Positions 38,292-46,980 of a stretch of DNA of 49,381 bases are shown one piece after another. The notes under the pieces are model-generated. The model was given only the letters and a program-made list of their open reading frames with translations. It was not told the origin of the DNA and made no database searches. The position numbers and the translations under genes are program-made. Location of the stretch: contig CAKAOY010000001.1 in the NCBI GenBank assembly GCA_916710115.1, positions 1-49,381 on the forward strand, given 5' to 3'. The stretch comes from an uncultured Bergeyella sp. GTDB taxonomy: Bacteria; Bacteroidota; Bacteroidia; Flavobacteriales; Weeksellaceae. Numbering within the stretch: the first letter of the stretch is position 1; each line of letters opens with the position of its first letter.

Positions 38292-38350
38292 ATTTTTAAT
38301 TGATAATATATTTTATTTGATAAAAGTAATATATTAAATATATATAAACC

Positions 38351-38376
38351 AAATAGGAAACATTCATTTCCTATTT
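38351..38376. terminator. Hairpin, possible terminator of the upstream lipoprotein gene
   Basis: AAATAGGAAA / TTTCCTATTT perfect inverted repeat. Confidence 0.45.
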
Positions 38377-38449
38377 TTTATATTAAAATTAATATTTTTT
38401 TGATAATTTTAATATTTTTTATTTGATGAAATTGTTTTGAGTTATAAAA

Positions 38450-39535
38450 TTATTTTATGTTACGAATAAAAAGGTCGAAATTTTTATCTATTACAATATC
38501 GTTCGCGAGCTGAAATTGTATTATAATATGGAGATTGTTTCCTTCTAAAATAGCAGAATTGAGAATAAATCTTGGTTGATATAGCAGAATATCCAAACGC
38601 CCCAAATCTTTACCTGATAATGTTCCGTATTTATCTATTAGAGATAGAGAACCATAATTAGGATCTGATTTCAGATATATTGTAATAAACTCTGTCCATT
38701 TATTAGTAAAAATACCTTTTAAACTTTGAGTAAAGTCTGTAGTATTCGGGTTTTTCTTTATTTTATTTTTTATGTATTCTACAAAAGTATAGTTATAACT
38801 GATAGATAATTCTTTAGCAAGGGTTTTCAATGTTTTGAAGCCTTTAATTTCTTTTGAAATATTAGCGTTATTATTATTTTTATTGGATATCTTTTTATCA
38901 GTGATATTTATTCCTAATCTTAAAGTATTATTGTAATCATCTTTGTATCGGCTACCATCTACATAGTCTATAATATATCTTTGCTCATCATAGGTTAGTA
39001 AATTTCCCATCCCTACGGGGAGAGATTCATAAATTCCTCTCATATAATGAGTAGATATATAATCGTTATTGATAATAATTTTTTCATTATAAAAATCTGT
39101 TGCATCAAAATTTAATGTACTTTTTATATGACTTTTAATATTTTTATATTTAGTATAAAAAGTTATGTGTCGTCCATTATAATGTATATTTTCGATACTT
39201 AAATACTTTAATTCATCATTTTTTAGAACATAATATCCACCTTCATTTGGTGTCACTGCGAAAGTTACTAACTTTTTTAGTTGTTCTACAGTATTGAGAG
39301 GATTGTTATATAAATCTGATACATCTAAAGCATTTAAATAGATTTTTTTATCTACCTTCCATTCTTGTGCGTATCCCCTTGTACCTAATTGATTATCACT
39401 TGGTTTATTGTTTATCGGCGTAGATGGCTCTATTGTATTATTTTTATTGGTATTAGTAAAAATTTGTTCTTCTCTATTGTTACAATCAATAGAGAGTAGA
39501 CATAATAGTGCTAGTAATACAATATTTTTATACAT
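38450..39535 (-). CDS. Hypothetical exported or lipoprotein, very AT-rich
   Basis: 361 aa ORF; hydrophobic N-terminus then SIDC-NNREEQ and an Asn/Pro-rich linker; no family recognised. Confidence 0.7.
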   Translation of the reverse strand: MYKNIVLLALLCLLSIDCNNREEQIFTNTNKNNTIEPSTPINNKPSDNQLGTRGYAQEWKVDKKIYLNALDVSDLYNNPLNTVEQLKKLVTFAVTPNEGGYYVLKNDELKYLSIENIHYNGRHITFYTKYKNIKSHIKSTLNFDATDFYNEKIIINNDYISTHYMRGIYESLPVGMGNLLTYDEQRYIIDYVDGSRYKDDYNNTLRLGINITDKKISNKNNNNANISKEIKGFKTLKTLAKELSISYNYTFVEYIKNKIKKNPNTTDFTQSLKGIFTNKWTEFITIYLKSDPNYGSLSLIDKYGTLSGKDLGRLDILLYQPRFILNSAILEGNNLHIIIQFQLANDIVIDKNFDLFIRNIK

Positions 39536-39570
39536 ATAAATTATATTAATATTTTTTTAATGGTAAAATA

Positions 39571-39606
39571 AAAAAAACCTTGATAAGGTTCTTATCAAGG
39601 TTTTTT
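39571..39606 (-). terminator. Terminator of the tRNA operon
   Basis: AAAAAACCTTGATAAG / CTTATCAAGGTTTTTT perfect inverted repeat. Confidence 0.9.
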
Positions 39607-39608
39607 AG

Positions 39609-39692
39609 TACCCCAGACGGGACTTGAACCCGTACGCCAAAAGAGGCACAGGATTTTAAGTCCTGCGTGTCTACCAATTCCACCACCAGGGC
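39609..39692 (-). tRNA. tRNA-Leu (TAA)
   Basis: GCCCTGG...CAGGA-CTTAAAA-TCCTG...GGTTCAAGTCC; long variable arm; CCA not encoded. Confidence 0.95.
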
Positions 39693-39731
39693 ATCAAAAA
39701 AATAATAGAAGTTATTTCTAATGTTTTTTTG

Positions 39732-39804
<73 letters not shown>

Positions 39805-39810
39805 AAATAG

Positions 39811-39892
39811 TGCGGATGAAGGGACTCGAACCCCCACGCCTCACGGCACCAGATCCTAAGTCTGGCGTGGCTACCAATTACACCACATCCGC
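39811..39892 (-). tRNA. tRNA-Leu (TAG)
   Basis: GCGGATG...CCAGA-CTTAGGA-TCTGG...GGTTCGAGTCC...CATCCGCA. Confidence 0.97.
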
Positions 39893-39941
39893 AATAATAT
39901 TTATTAAAAGAACTTTAATCTGTGTATCTGTTTTGTGGTTG

Positions 39942-39949
39942 CAAAGATA
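39942..39949 (-). promoter_or_regulatory. -7 element (TATCTTTG) for the tRNA operon
   Basis: Reverse complement of CAAAGATA. Confidence 0.7.
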
Positions 39950-40051
39950 CATCTTTTTTTTTAACCACCAAATTTTTTTATAAAAAAAACAAAAATTATT
40001 TTTTTAGTTTGTTACTAAATCAAATTTTTTATATCTTTACAAAAAAATTAA

Positions 40052-40429
40052 ATGGAGTTACAAGGTACGGTAAAAAAACTTTTTGAAATCCAAACTTTTC
40101 CATCTGGATTTCAGAAGAGAGAAATGGTTTTGCTAACACAAGAGCAATATCCACAACCAGTAAAGATAGAATTTCTATCGGATAATATAAGCCTTTTGGA
40201 TAATATCGTAGAAGGTGAAGTAGTGAAGGTGAGTATTAATATTCGTGGTAGAGAGTGGACGAATCCACAAGGTGAAGTAGTGTATTTCAATAGTATCACA
40301 GGATGGAGGGTAGAGAAAGGTAATGTAGCACAAGCAGAACCTACTCAGCCAATAATGCCAAAAGGAGCATCTACTAACCAACCTAACGAAGATGATGTTT
40401 TTACGGAAGATGATGATTTACCTTTTTAA
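40052..40429 (+). CDS. DUF3127 family protein (OB-fold, SSB-like acidic tail)
   Basis: GFQKRE, EQYPQ, INIRGREW, YFNSITGWR and C-terminal DDDLPF. Confidence 0.9.
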   Translation: MELQGTVKKLFEIQTFPSGFQKREMVLLTQEQYPQPVKIEFLSDNISLLDNIVEGEVVKVSINIRGREWTNPQGEVVYFNSITGWRVEKGNVAQAEPTQPIMPKGASTNQPNEDDVFTEDDDLPF

Positions 40430-40431
40430 AT

Positions 40432-40463
40432 AAAAAAAACCTTTCTTTATGAAAGGTTTTTTT
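40432..40463. terminator. Bidirectional terminator
   Basis: AAAAAAAACCTTTC / GAAAGGTTTTTTTT. Confidence 0.85.
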
Positions 40464-40852
40464 TACTTTATAAGACTTTTTAATAAGGATATTTGTTCAT
40501 CTTTTTCTTTGAGTCGCTCTTCGTAGGAGTTGATGAGTTTTTCTATGATTTCTTTATTTTCCACAACCAAATTTTGGATATATCCATTTCCATAAGAGCC
40601 GTTATGATTGTTTTGAGTTTGGATACAAAATCTATTTACATCAAAAAAATCCAAAATATCAGTATTCAATATTTCTGCTAATTCAAAGAGTCTGTTTACA
40701 GTTATTTGGGTGTGTTCGTTTTCTATTCTTGCATAGGAGGCTTGGCTTATTTTTAGTTTTTCGGCCATGTAATCTTGTGAAAATCCTTTCAATTCTCTCA
40801 CTTTTCTAATATTAAAGCCTACACTATTTGTTTTTTGCATAATAATATTCAT
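40463..40852 (-). CDS. XRE-family HTH regulator with C-terminal coiled coil
   Basis: IRKVRELKGFSQDYMAEKLKISQASYARIE; start 40852 or 40840 because a -7 element at 40863-40870 lies inside the longer ORF. Confidence 0.88.
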   Translation of the reverse strand: MNIIMQKTNSVGFNIRKVRELKGFSQDYMAEKLKISQASYARIENEHTQITVNRLFELAEILNTDILDFFDVNRFCIQTQNNHNGSYGNGYIQNLVVENKEIIEKLINSYEERLKEKDEQISLLKSLIK

Positions 40853-41077
40853 TTTGTATATGCAAATATACATTTTTCATAGAAAAAAAACTACTTCTAC
40901 TGAATTAGCTTTTTTTAGATTATTAATTTTTGCAGACAATAAATTTCTTTTTTCCACGAATGATTACTGAGATTGCTTTTGAATAATTGGTTAAAAAATC
41001 AATAGTTGTTTGTTTTGGTTCTAATTTTTTTTTATAAAAAATGTTGAGATTCTTCATAGGCGAAATAATTAAAATAT

Positions 41078-42085
41078 CTACTTGTCAAACGAATAGATTA
41101 GATTTTTATTGTATGCTATTAATTTTTTTACAATAGATTGTAGTTCTGGGAAATTATCCATTTGCTCCCAATTACTAGAAATTTTATATAAATTTTCAAT
41201 TCCTTTATGAATATTATTAATAAAATATTCTTTTTTTTGAATTAATCCCCGGAAACCGTACGCTCCTAAAACTTGTAGAGACCGAATAAGTAGAATAGGT
41301 TTTAGATAATTTTTGAGTTGTTGCCTAATATTATTGTCACTCCATAAATTATAGTAAAAATCCAACATTTCCTCTTTGAAAGAGTCCGAAAAATTAATAC
41401 TATTTTGGTATAAAAAAGATATTACATCATAGAGTAAAACTCCATTCATAGCAGATTGATAATCAATAAAATATATATCATTGTTATTTACTAATATATT
41501 TCGTGATTGGAAATCCCGAATCATTATTCCTTTTGGTGAAATATTTTTAATAAAATCGGATAATGTATAGAATTCTTTAATTAATTTAGATTTATGATAA
41601 TGAATATCAAGTATATCTACAAACATAAATTTAAAGTAAAATAAGTCGTGCATTATAGGTATTTCGTCATAGGCTTCATATTCAAAAGTATTAGAAAAAT
41701 CTATCTTTCCTTTTGTTTTTGTTTGTAAATCAAAGAGTTTTTTTAGAGAAAGTTGTACTAAATTTTTTACTCGTTGGGATTCACCTTCGGTTTTTATTAT
41801 TTCAAAAAGTGTTTTATCACCTAAAAATTCTTGAATGTAAGTGATCTGGTTTTCTGATATTTTTAAGATTTTAGGGGTGTTCAATTTTAATTTTTGAAAT
41901 ACATCGGAAAAGTAAAAAAAAGACTTATTTTCTTCAATATTGTTGTTTTCCGTTATGATATATTTTTTGTTATTAGTAATACCAATATAGTTCTTTCTGT
42001 CCGAACCACTTTGAGGTAGTAGAAAAAAAGAGTCTATATGATTATGAGTAAATTCTTTGAAAAGAAATTCTGCATTGGAAATCAT
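41078..42085 (-). CDS. APH-family phosphotransferase (AmgK-like amino-sugar kinase)
   Basis: SGSDRKNY, RDFQSRNI, IDYQ, YDVISFL and LQVLGAYGFRG. Confidence 0.82.
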   Translation of the reverse strand: MISNAEFLFKEFTHNHIDSFFLLPQSGSDRKNYIGITNNKKYIITENNNIEENKSFFYFSDVFQKLKLNTPKILKISENQITYIQEFLGDKTLFEIIKTEGESQRVKNLVQLSLKKLFDLQTKTKGKIDFSNTFEYEAYDEIPIMHDLFYFKFMFVDILDIHYHKSKLIKEFYTLSDFIKNISPKGIMIRDFQSRNILVNNNDIYFIDYQSAMNGVLLYDVISFLYQNSINFSDSFKEEMLDFYYNLWSDNNIRQQLKNYLKPILLIRSLQVLGAYGFRGLIQKKEYFINNIHKGIENLYKISSNWEQMDNFPELQSIVKKLIAYNKNLIYSFDK

Positions 42086-42108
42086 ATTATTTTAATTTTA
42101 CGCAAATA

Positions 42109-42140
42109 TAAAAAAACAGTTCTCTAAAAATAAAGAACTG
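42109..42140 (-). terminator. Terminator of the small membrane-protein gene
   Basis: CAGTTCT / AGAACTG stem with U-tail on the minus strand. Confidence 0.65.
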
Positions 42141-42181
42141 ATATAAAACCTTAAATAATACTATTATGAATAATTTTAATT

Positions 42182-42463
42182 TTAATGATGATGAGCTGTG
42201 TGAACGAATGGTCCTTTACCTTTAGGATTAGAGTAAATAAGTTCTACTCCATCAGTCTCGTGTATTTTTTTTCTTTTAATATCTTCCGGATTGAAAGGTT
42301 TTACTTTGCCAAAATATTCCTTCAAACCTGCTGTAAGCCAAAATGGAACAACAACAGAGGCAAACATAAAAATACACCAAAATCCTGCAATGAACATTGC
42401 AAAGAAATAAATAGTCCAAAGATATTGATAGAATGGCCAAAATGCTGATAGTACCATAATCAT
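42182..42463 (-). CDS. Small hypothetical membrane protein with His-rich C-terminus
   Basis: Aromatic hydrophobic N-half, ends HTAHHH; own -7 element (42476-42483) and terminator; ATG 42463 or 42457 rather than TTG 42478. Confidence 0.75.
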   Translation of the reverse strand: MIMVLSAFWPFYQYLWTIYFFAMFIAGFWCIFMFASVVVPFWLTAGLKEYFGKVKPFNPEDIKRKKIHETDGVELIYSNPKGKGPFVHTAHHH

Positions 42464-42559
42464 TATAATTTTGTGCAAAAATAATTGTTTTTTTTATTCC
42501 ATCAAAGAATTTTACCCATAAAAGAAATAATTCAGAATGAGTATAAATAGCGTATTGTA

Positions 42560-42799
42560 TTAATTGAGGCTTTCTTTGATTTTTAGTGAGAAATTTTCAA
42601 TAAAAATTTTCTTATCTGATTGTAGTTTTTCTATATTATTTGGGAGAATATAATTAAATAAAATATTATTATCATTATCTAAAAATATAATTTCTTTTTC
42701 CTCATTGTCAATCATTTGAGTGAAAATATCCCACATAGAAGTTTCCTTGATTTTTAATAGTTCAAAAAAATCTTTTGTTTTAATTTGTATTTTTTTCAT
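42560..42799 (-). CDS. Hypothetical 79-aa soluble protein
   Basis: Coupled to the upstream gene by TAATG; protein-like composition. Confidence 0.7.
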   Translation of the reverse strand: MKKIQIKTKDFFELLKIKETSMWDIFTQMIDNEEKEIIFLDNDNNILFNYILPNNIEKLQSDKKIFIENFSLKIKESLN

Positions 42800-43482
42800 T
42801 AATTATTTTTTTTAATATTCCACCAAATTTTATTCACGATAAAACCAACGATAAAGAAAACAAAAAACAATAAGAAAGTAGAGCTTAATGCCACAAAATT
42901 AATATTCTCTGTCTTAGGAACATATATTAATTTTCCATTGTTGGTGCTGATTAATCCTAATATTGTAATAAGAAGACTACTGATAAGATGTATCTCCAAA
43001 CGTAAATCTTTCTCTGGTAATAAAGATTGAAGTAAGGTAGGAAATACCACTATTGTTATTGCTGATAATATGGAGAAAAATATTGTAATAATCGAAAAAT
43101 CTACTCCTGAAAAATAAAAAATAGTTTGAGTGAGTAAATAAAAAATAACGGGAAATACCAATAAACTTGGAAAGAAATGAAGTACTTTATCCCAAAATTT
43201 ATGTTTTTTATTGAATATATTTTTAAGGTATGTTATGCTAAAAATCAGGCATATAGCAGATTCTATAGTTACCAACACTGTAATATTACTGAGTATTTCG
43301 GGAGATTCTATAGCTTGTTGTATCGTAACTTGTGATTGTTCGGTCGCTAAAGGATATATAGCCCAAATATAGGCAATTAGGATGACCATAAAACAGATGG
43401 TATGCCATAGTTTCCAAAAACTTAGTTTGATGAGCATATTAATAAATATGAACATCATAAGAATATTGAAGATAATTTGCAT
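42799..43482 (-). CDS. HmuT-like integral membrane protein
   Basis: About 7 TMs; YPLATEQSQ, VLVTIES, FSGVDF and LPEKDLRLE motifs resemble Bacteroidota HmuT; ATG 43482 lies after a -7 element at 43510-43517. Confidence 0.65.
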   Translation of the reverse strand: MQIIFNILMMFIFINMLIKLSFWKLWHTICFMVILIAYIWAIYPLATEQSQVTIQQAIESPEILSNITVLVTIESAICLIFSITYLKNIFNKKHKFWDKVLHFFPSLLVFPVIFYLLTQTIFYFSGVDFSIITIFFSILSAITIVVFPTLLQSLLPEKDLRLEIHLISSLLITILGLISTNNGKLIYVPKTENINFVALSSTFLLFFVFFIVGFIVNKIWWNIKKNN

Positions 43483-43561
43483 TTTTCTAAAAATTAGGTT
43501 TAGTCTGAGCAAATATACGAAATTTAGTGTAAAATGATTAAATTTGTATTTTATTAAAAAA

Positions 43562-44017
43562 ATGAAAAATCTATTATTTAAACAACAAATAATATTATTC
43601 GTAATAGCAGGCGGGTTGAGTGCAATGGTGGAGGTAGGAAGTTTTAAAATTTTTAGTACGATAATTCCGCGTATTTTAGACATAGAGAATAATTTCTATG
43701 GGATAAAATATATGTTTAGTAATATATTTTCATCGTTATTGGGAGTTTTTAGTAATTATTTTTTTAGTATTTGGTTTGTGTTTAAGCAAGGGAAATACTC
43801 TAAGCGTAAGGAATTTTTATATTTTACAGGAATATCAATATTATCTAATTTGTTGAGTTTGATGATTTTTCAAATTTTCTTTAATTGGGTGTTTATCAAT
43901 AATATAAATATTGTTATTTATACATTTAGTCCTAAGATAGTCAGTAAAATTTCGGCAATTTTAGTAGTTTCTTTATTGACATATGTTATTAAAAAAAGAT
44001 TAATTTTCAACGGATAG
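43562..44017 (+). CDS. GtrA family protein
   Basis: FVIAGGLS...NYFFSIWFVF pattern, about 4 TMs; -7 element at 43539-43546 favours ATG 43562. Confidence 0.85.
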   Translation: MKNLLFKQQIILFVIAGGLSAMVEVGSFKIFSTIIPRILDIENNFYGIKYMFSNIFSSLLGVFSNYFFSIWFVFKQGKYSKRKEFLYFTGISILSNLLSLMIFQIFFNWVFINNINIVIYTFSPKIVSKISAILVVSLLTYVIKKRLIFNG

Positions 44018-44019
44018 AA

Positions 44020-44766
44020 ATGATGGCATTAAACGATAAAATAGGTACTTATGGTAGTTATTTATGGCGTATATGGTTTGTTGTATTAGCTTTTAGTCTT
44101 ACGGTGGTAGCATTTTTACCTGTTTTTGTTTTGTCGTTTAACAAAAAACATTACCGATATGCCTACTTTTTTATCAGGATATGGAGTATTTTTCTTTTTT
44201 ATGGGATGGGATTAAGGTATGATTTAATAAATAATTCTGGGCAGAAAATTGATAGAAAAAATCAGTATATCATTATTTCTAATCATACTTCGATGATGGA
44301 TATAATGCTAATGTGTGTATTGTTTCCGTATCATCCGATTTGTTTTGTTGGAAAACAAGAATTAGAAAAAATTCCCATTTTTGGCTTGATTTACAAGAGA
44401 ATATGTGTAATGGTTGATAGGAATTCTTCCCAAAGTAGAGCCAAAGTATATGAAAAATGTGCTGAAAGAATATCCCAAAAAAATAGTATTGTGATTTTCC
44501 CCGAGGGGGGGATACCTGATGATACGAATGTTGTATTAGATAAATTTAAAGATGGAGCATTCAAAATATCAGAAGAGCATTGTCTTCCAATAGTGGTTTT
44601 TACTTTTTCGGGATTAAAAAAAATCTTCCCTTATGATAATTCTAAGGGAAGACCTGGTAGAGTGAAGGTTTATCTTAATAGTATCCTTGAACCATCCCAA
44701 AGTTCTATCAATAAAAATAAGGCCTTTGAGATGATTGAAAATACACTTCTTAATAGCAATCAGTAA
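44020..44766 (+). CDS. plsC: Lysophospholipid acyltransferase (PlsC family)
   Basis: NHTSMMD, VDR, FPEG and FKDGAF. Confidence 0.88.
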   Translation: MMALNDKIGTYGSYLWRIWFVVLAFSLTVVAFLPVFVLSFNKKHYRYAYFFIRIWSIFLFYGMGLRYDLINNSGQKIDRKNQYIIISNHTSMMDIMLMCVLFPYHPICFVGKQELEKIPIFGLIYKRICVMVDRNSSQSRAKVYEKCAERISQKNSIVIFPEGGIPDDTNVVLDKFKDGAFKISEEHCLPIVVFTFSGLKKIFPYDNSKGRPGRVKVYLNSILEPSQSSINKNKAFEMIENTLLNSNQ

Positions 44767-46927
44767 GGATTTTGCCTTCTTTTTTATAAAAATCTATTGA
44801 ATTAAGTTTATTCTTTTCGCAGATTTTAGATAGTGTGGTTTCAATATCTTTTTGCATTCTTAGAGAACCACAAATCATTATTACTCCATTATTTTGTAAA
44901 ATATCCACAAAAATTAGTTCGTCTTCATTTACTAAATCCATCACATATTTTGGCATTTCCGAACGCGAATAACCTATTTTTAAAGATGTATTAATCTGGT
45001 TACGAGCAATATTTGTAAAGTTATTTGTAGCTTCTGTCTGATGGCAGAATCCACAATATAAATATTTTTCAGTATCTTTAAAGTCCAACATTCCCAAAAA
45101 TGGTGCAATACCTGTTCCATTGGCTATCATTGCTACTTTTTGAATTTTTTGAGGGAAATGGAAATGTCTATTTTCTAATATTCTTGCTTGAATATTTGTT
45201 CCTAATCCTAGATTATATAGAAATTGAGACCCTAACCCATCTTTGTGTAACTTCACGAAAAGCCGAATATTTTCTCCCATTTTACCAATAGAATATTGTC
45301 TCTCTCGATGGTCATTAGCTGGATAAATGGTCAAAATATCCCCGGATTGGAAATCTACTTTTTCAGGCTTTAGGATAATGCTAAAAGTTTTGTTTTCTGT
45401 ATCTAATGGAGTTTTAGCAATTACTTTGAAAAGTGATAAATTTTCATTTTTTTGTTCATAATCACAGATATTAGTATTAAGTTTTATACCTGATTTTTGA
45501 GAAAAATCTTGTACCCACGCTGTAAAATCACTTGGAGAGCGGTCGTTGATTGTATGCAAAGAGATTAATTCTTTTGCCCAAGGCTGATTTTTTAAAAGAG
45601 AATTAACTCTTTTTGCAAAACCACAGAAAAATTGATAACTTTTTGAGCCAAAACCAATTACAGAAAATTCGATTTTGTTGTTTTGAGAGTATTTTAGTAA
45701 TAAATTTTCAAATTTATCAGCATTGCAGGGCGGAGCTCCCTCACCATAGGTAGATGTAAATATGATGATTTTTTTTGCGTTATTAAATGTTTTATAATCA
45801 TTAAGATAATTTATGAAAACTTTTTCGCCTAAATTTAACAATTGTTCTTGGATTTTGTTTGCAAATTCTAATGTAGTACCATTTTCAGACCCTACCAAAA
45901 TTATAAATTCAGCATCATTTGGGTGAAATTTGTTTTTAATTTTTGTTTTAGTTCGTCTTATCGTGATGGCGAAACCAGTGTAAATGAATCCCAAAATCCC
46001 CAATGAAGCGATACCTAAAATACCAGCCCAAACGATATTTGTTTTTCCTGTATGTAGGTTTAAGCTGAGATTTCGCAAAATTTCGTAGGTTGGCAGTTTT
46101 GTTTCTTTTGTTACTTCTCCTGAAAATGCATTGATTTCCAATTCTCTATCTTTCAGTTTTAATACAAAATTTTCTTCAGGGTCGCCTTCTGAAAATGGAA
46201 ATTCTATTTGTTTAACTTCCGATAAAGAAGTTTTTTTGAAGATAGGAAAATCCTCTAAATTTACTTGTTTTTCTATATTTTTATTTGGAGTTTTAATGAT
46301 GGTAGGTTTTGTTTTTGGAAGTAGCTCAAATCGATAAATAAATAGATAACTACCAGTAAAAGAAAGTATCATTATTGGAATAAGGAGCCATCGGCCTGCT
46401 ACGATATGAAACCACTGCGGAAAATAATCATCATGTATTTTGGTAAAAAAATTAGTAAATCCATTTTGTCTTTTGATGATAAGAATAACCCCTGTAATAG
46501 ATATTAAAAATAGAAAAAATGAAACAATACCTACTGCGAAGCGCCCCTTTTCGTGTAATAATAAGGAGCGATGTAGGGCTTTTGTATCGTTAATAAATTC
46601 TGATTTTTTTATAGGTTTTCCTAAAATTTTACCATTATTTGGATTAACAATAGCCTTCACCTCGTTGCCATCAGCATCATAGGCGAGGATTTTTACAAAA
46701 TCATTATGGTTGATACTAATTTCTGTAATTTCAGGGTATTGCTTTTTTAGGGCAGAGATACTTTGTGCGACATTTAACTGCTCAAAATTATCAACTCTGT
46801 ATGGATATTTCAGTTTGTTAATGATGATATTTCCAGAAAGAATAGTTCCTGTAATGGATATAACAATTAAAAATAATGATATAGTAATCGCTAAAAGAAG
46901 ATGAGAAATTCTCCAAAATGAATTCAT
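44750..46927 (-). CDS. PepSY-associated TM domain fused to flavodoxin and FAD/NAD(P)-binding reductase domains
   Basis: TM His motifs (SHLL, LHRSL, FHIVAG, LHTG); GSENGTT, STYGEG, FCGF; RQYSIG, GLGS, GTGIAPF, ICGS; C-terminal DCY. Confidence 0.88.
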   Translation of the reverse strand: MNSFWRISHLLLAITISLFLIVISITGTILSGNIIINKLKYPYRVDNFEQLNVAQSISALKKQYPEITEISINHNDFVKILAYDADGNEVKAIVNPNNGKILGKPIKKSEFINDTKALHRSLLLHEKGRFAVGIVSFFLFLISITGVILIIKRQNGFTNFFTKIHDDYFPQWFHIVAGRWLLIPIMILSFTGSYLFIYRFELLPKTKPTIIKTPNKNIEKQVNLEDFPIFKKTSLSEVKQIEFPFSEGDPEENFVLKLKDRELEINAFSGEVTKETKLPTYEILRNLSLNLHTGKTNIVWAGILGIASLGILGFIYTGFAITIRRTKTKIKNKFHPNDAEFIILVGSENGTTLEFANKIQEQLLNLGEKVFINYLNDYKTFNNAKKIIIFTSTYGEGAPPCNADKFENLLLKYSQNNKIEFSVIGFGSKSYQFFCGFAKRVNSLLKNQPWAKELISLHTINDRSPSDFTAWVQDFSQKSGIKLNTNICDYEQKNENLSLFKVIAKTPLDTENKTFSIILKPEKVDFQSGDILTIYPANDHRERQYSIGKMGENIRLFVKLHKDGLGSQFLYNLGLGTNIQARILENRHFHFPQKIQKVAMIANGTGIAPFLGMLDFKDTEKYLYCGFCHQTEATNNFTNIARNQINTSLKIGYSRSEMPKYVMDLVNEDELIFVDILQNNGVIMICGSLRMQKDIETTLSKICEKNKLNSIDFYKKEGKILTDCY

Positions 46928-46980
46928 AAATTTACATTATCTATTTTAAAATTGCGAAAATAAGAAAATTATATTAAAAA

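Noticed and set aside
38292..39609. Possible integrative element at the tRNA-Leu 3' end
   Set aside because: No integrase and no duplicated tRNA 3' end seen; kept only as an AT-rich gene finding
43483..43683. 67-aa N-terminal extension of the HmuT-like ORF
   Set aside because: Overlaps the divergent gtrA gene and both promoters; ATG 43482 fits better
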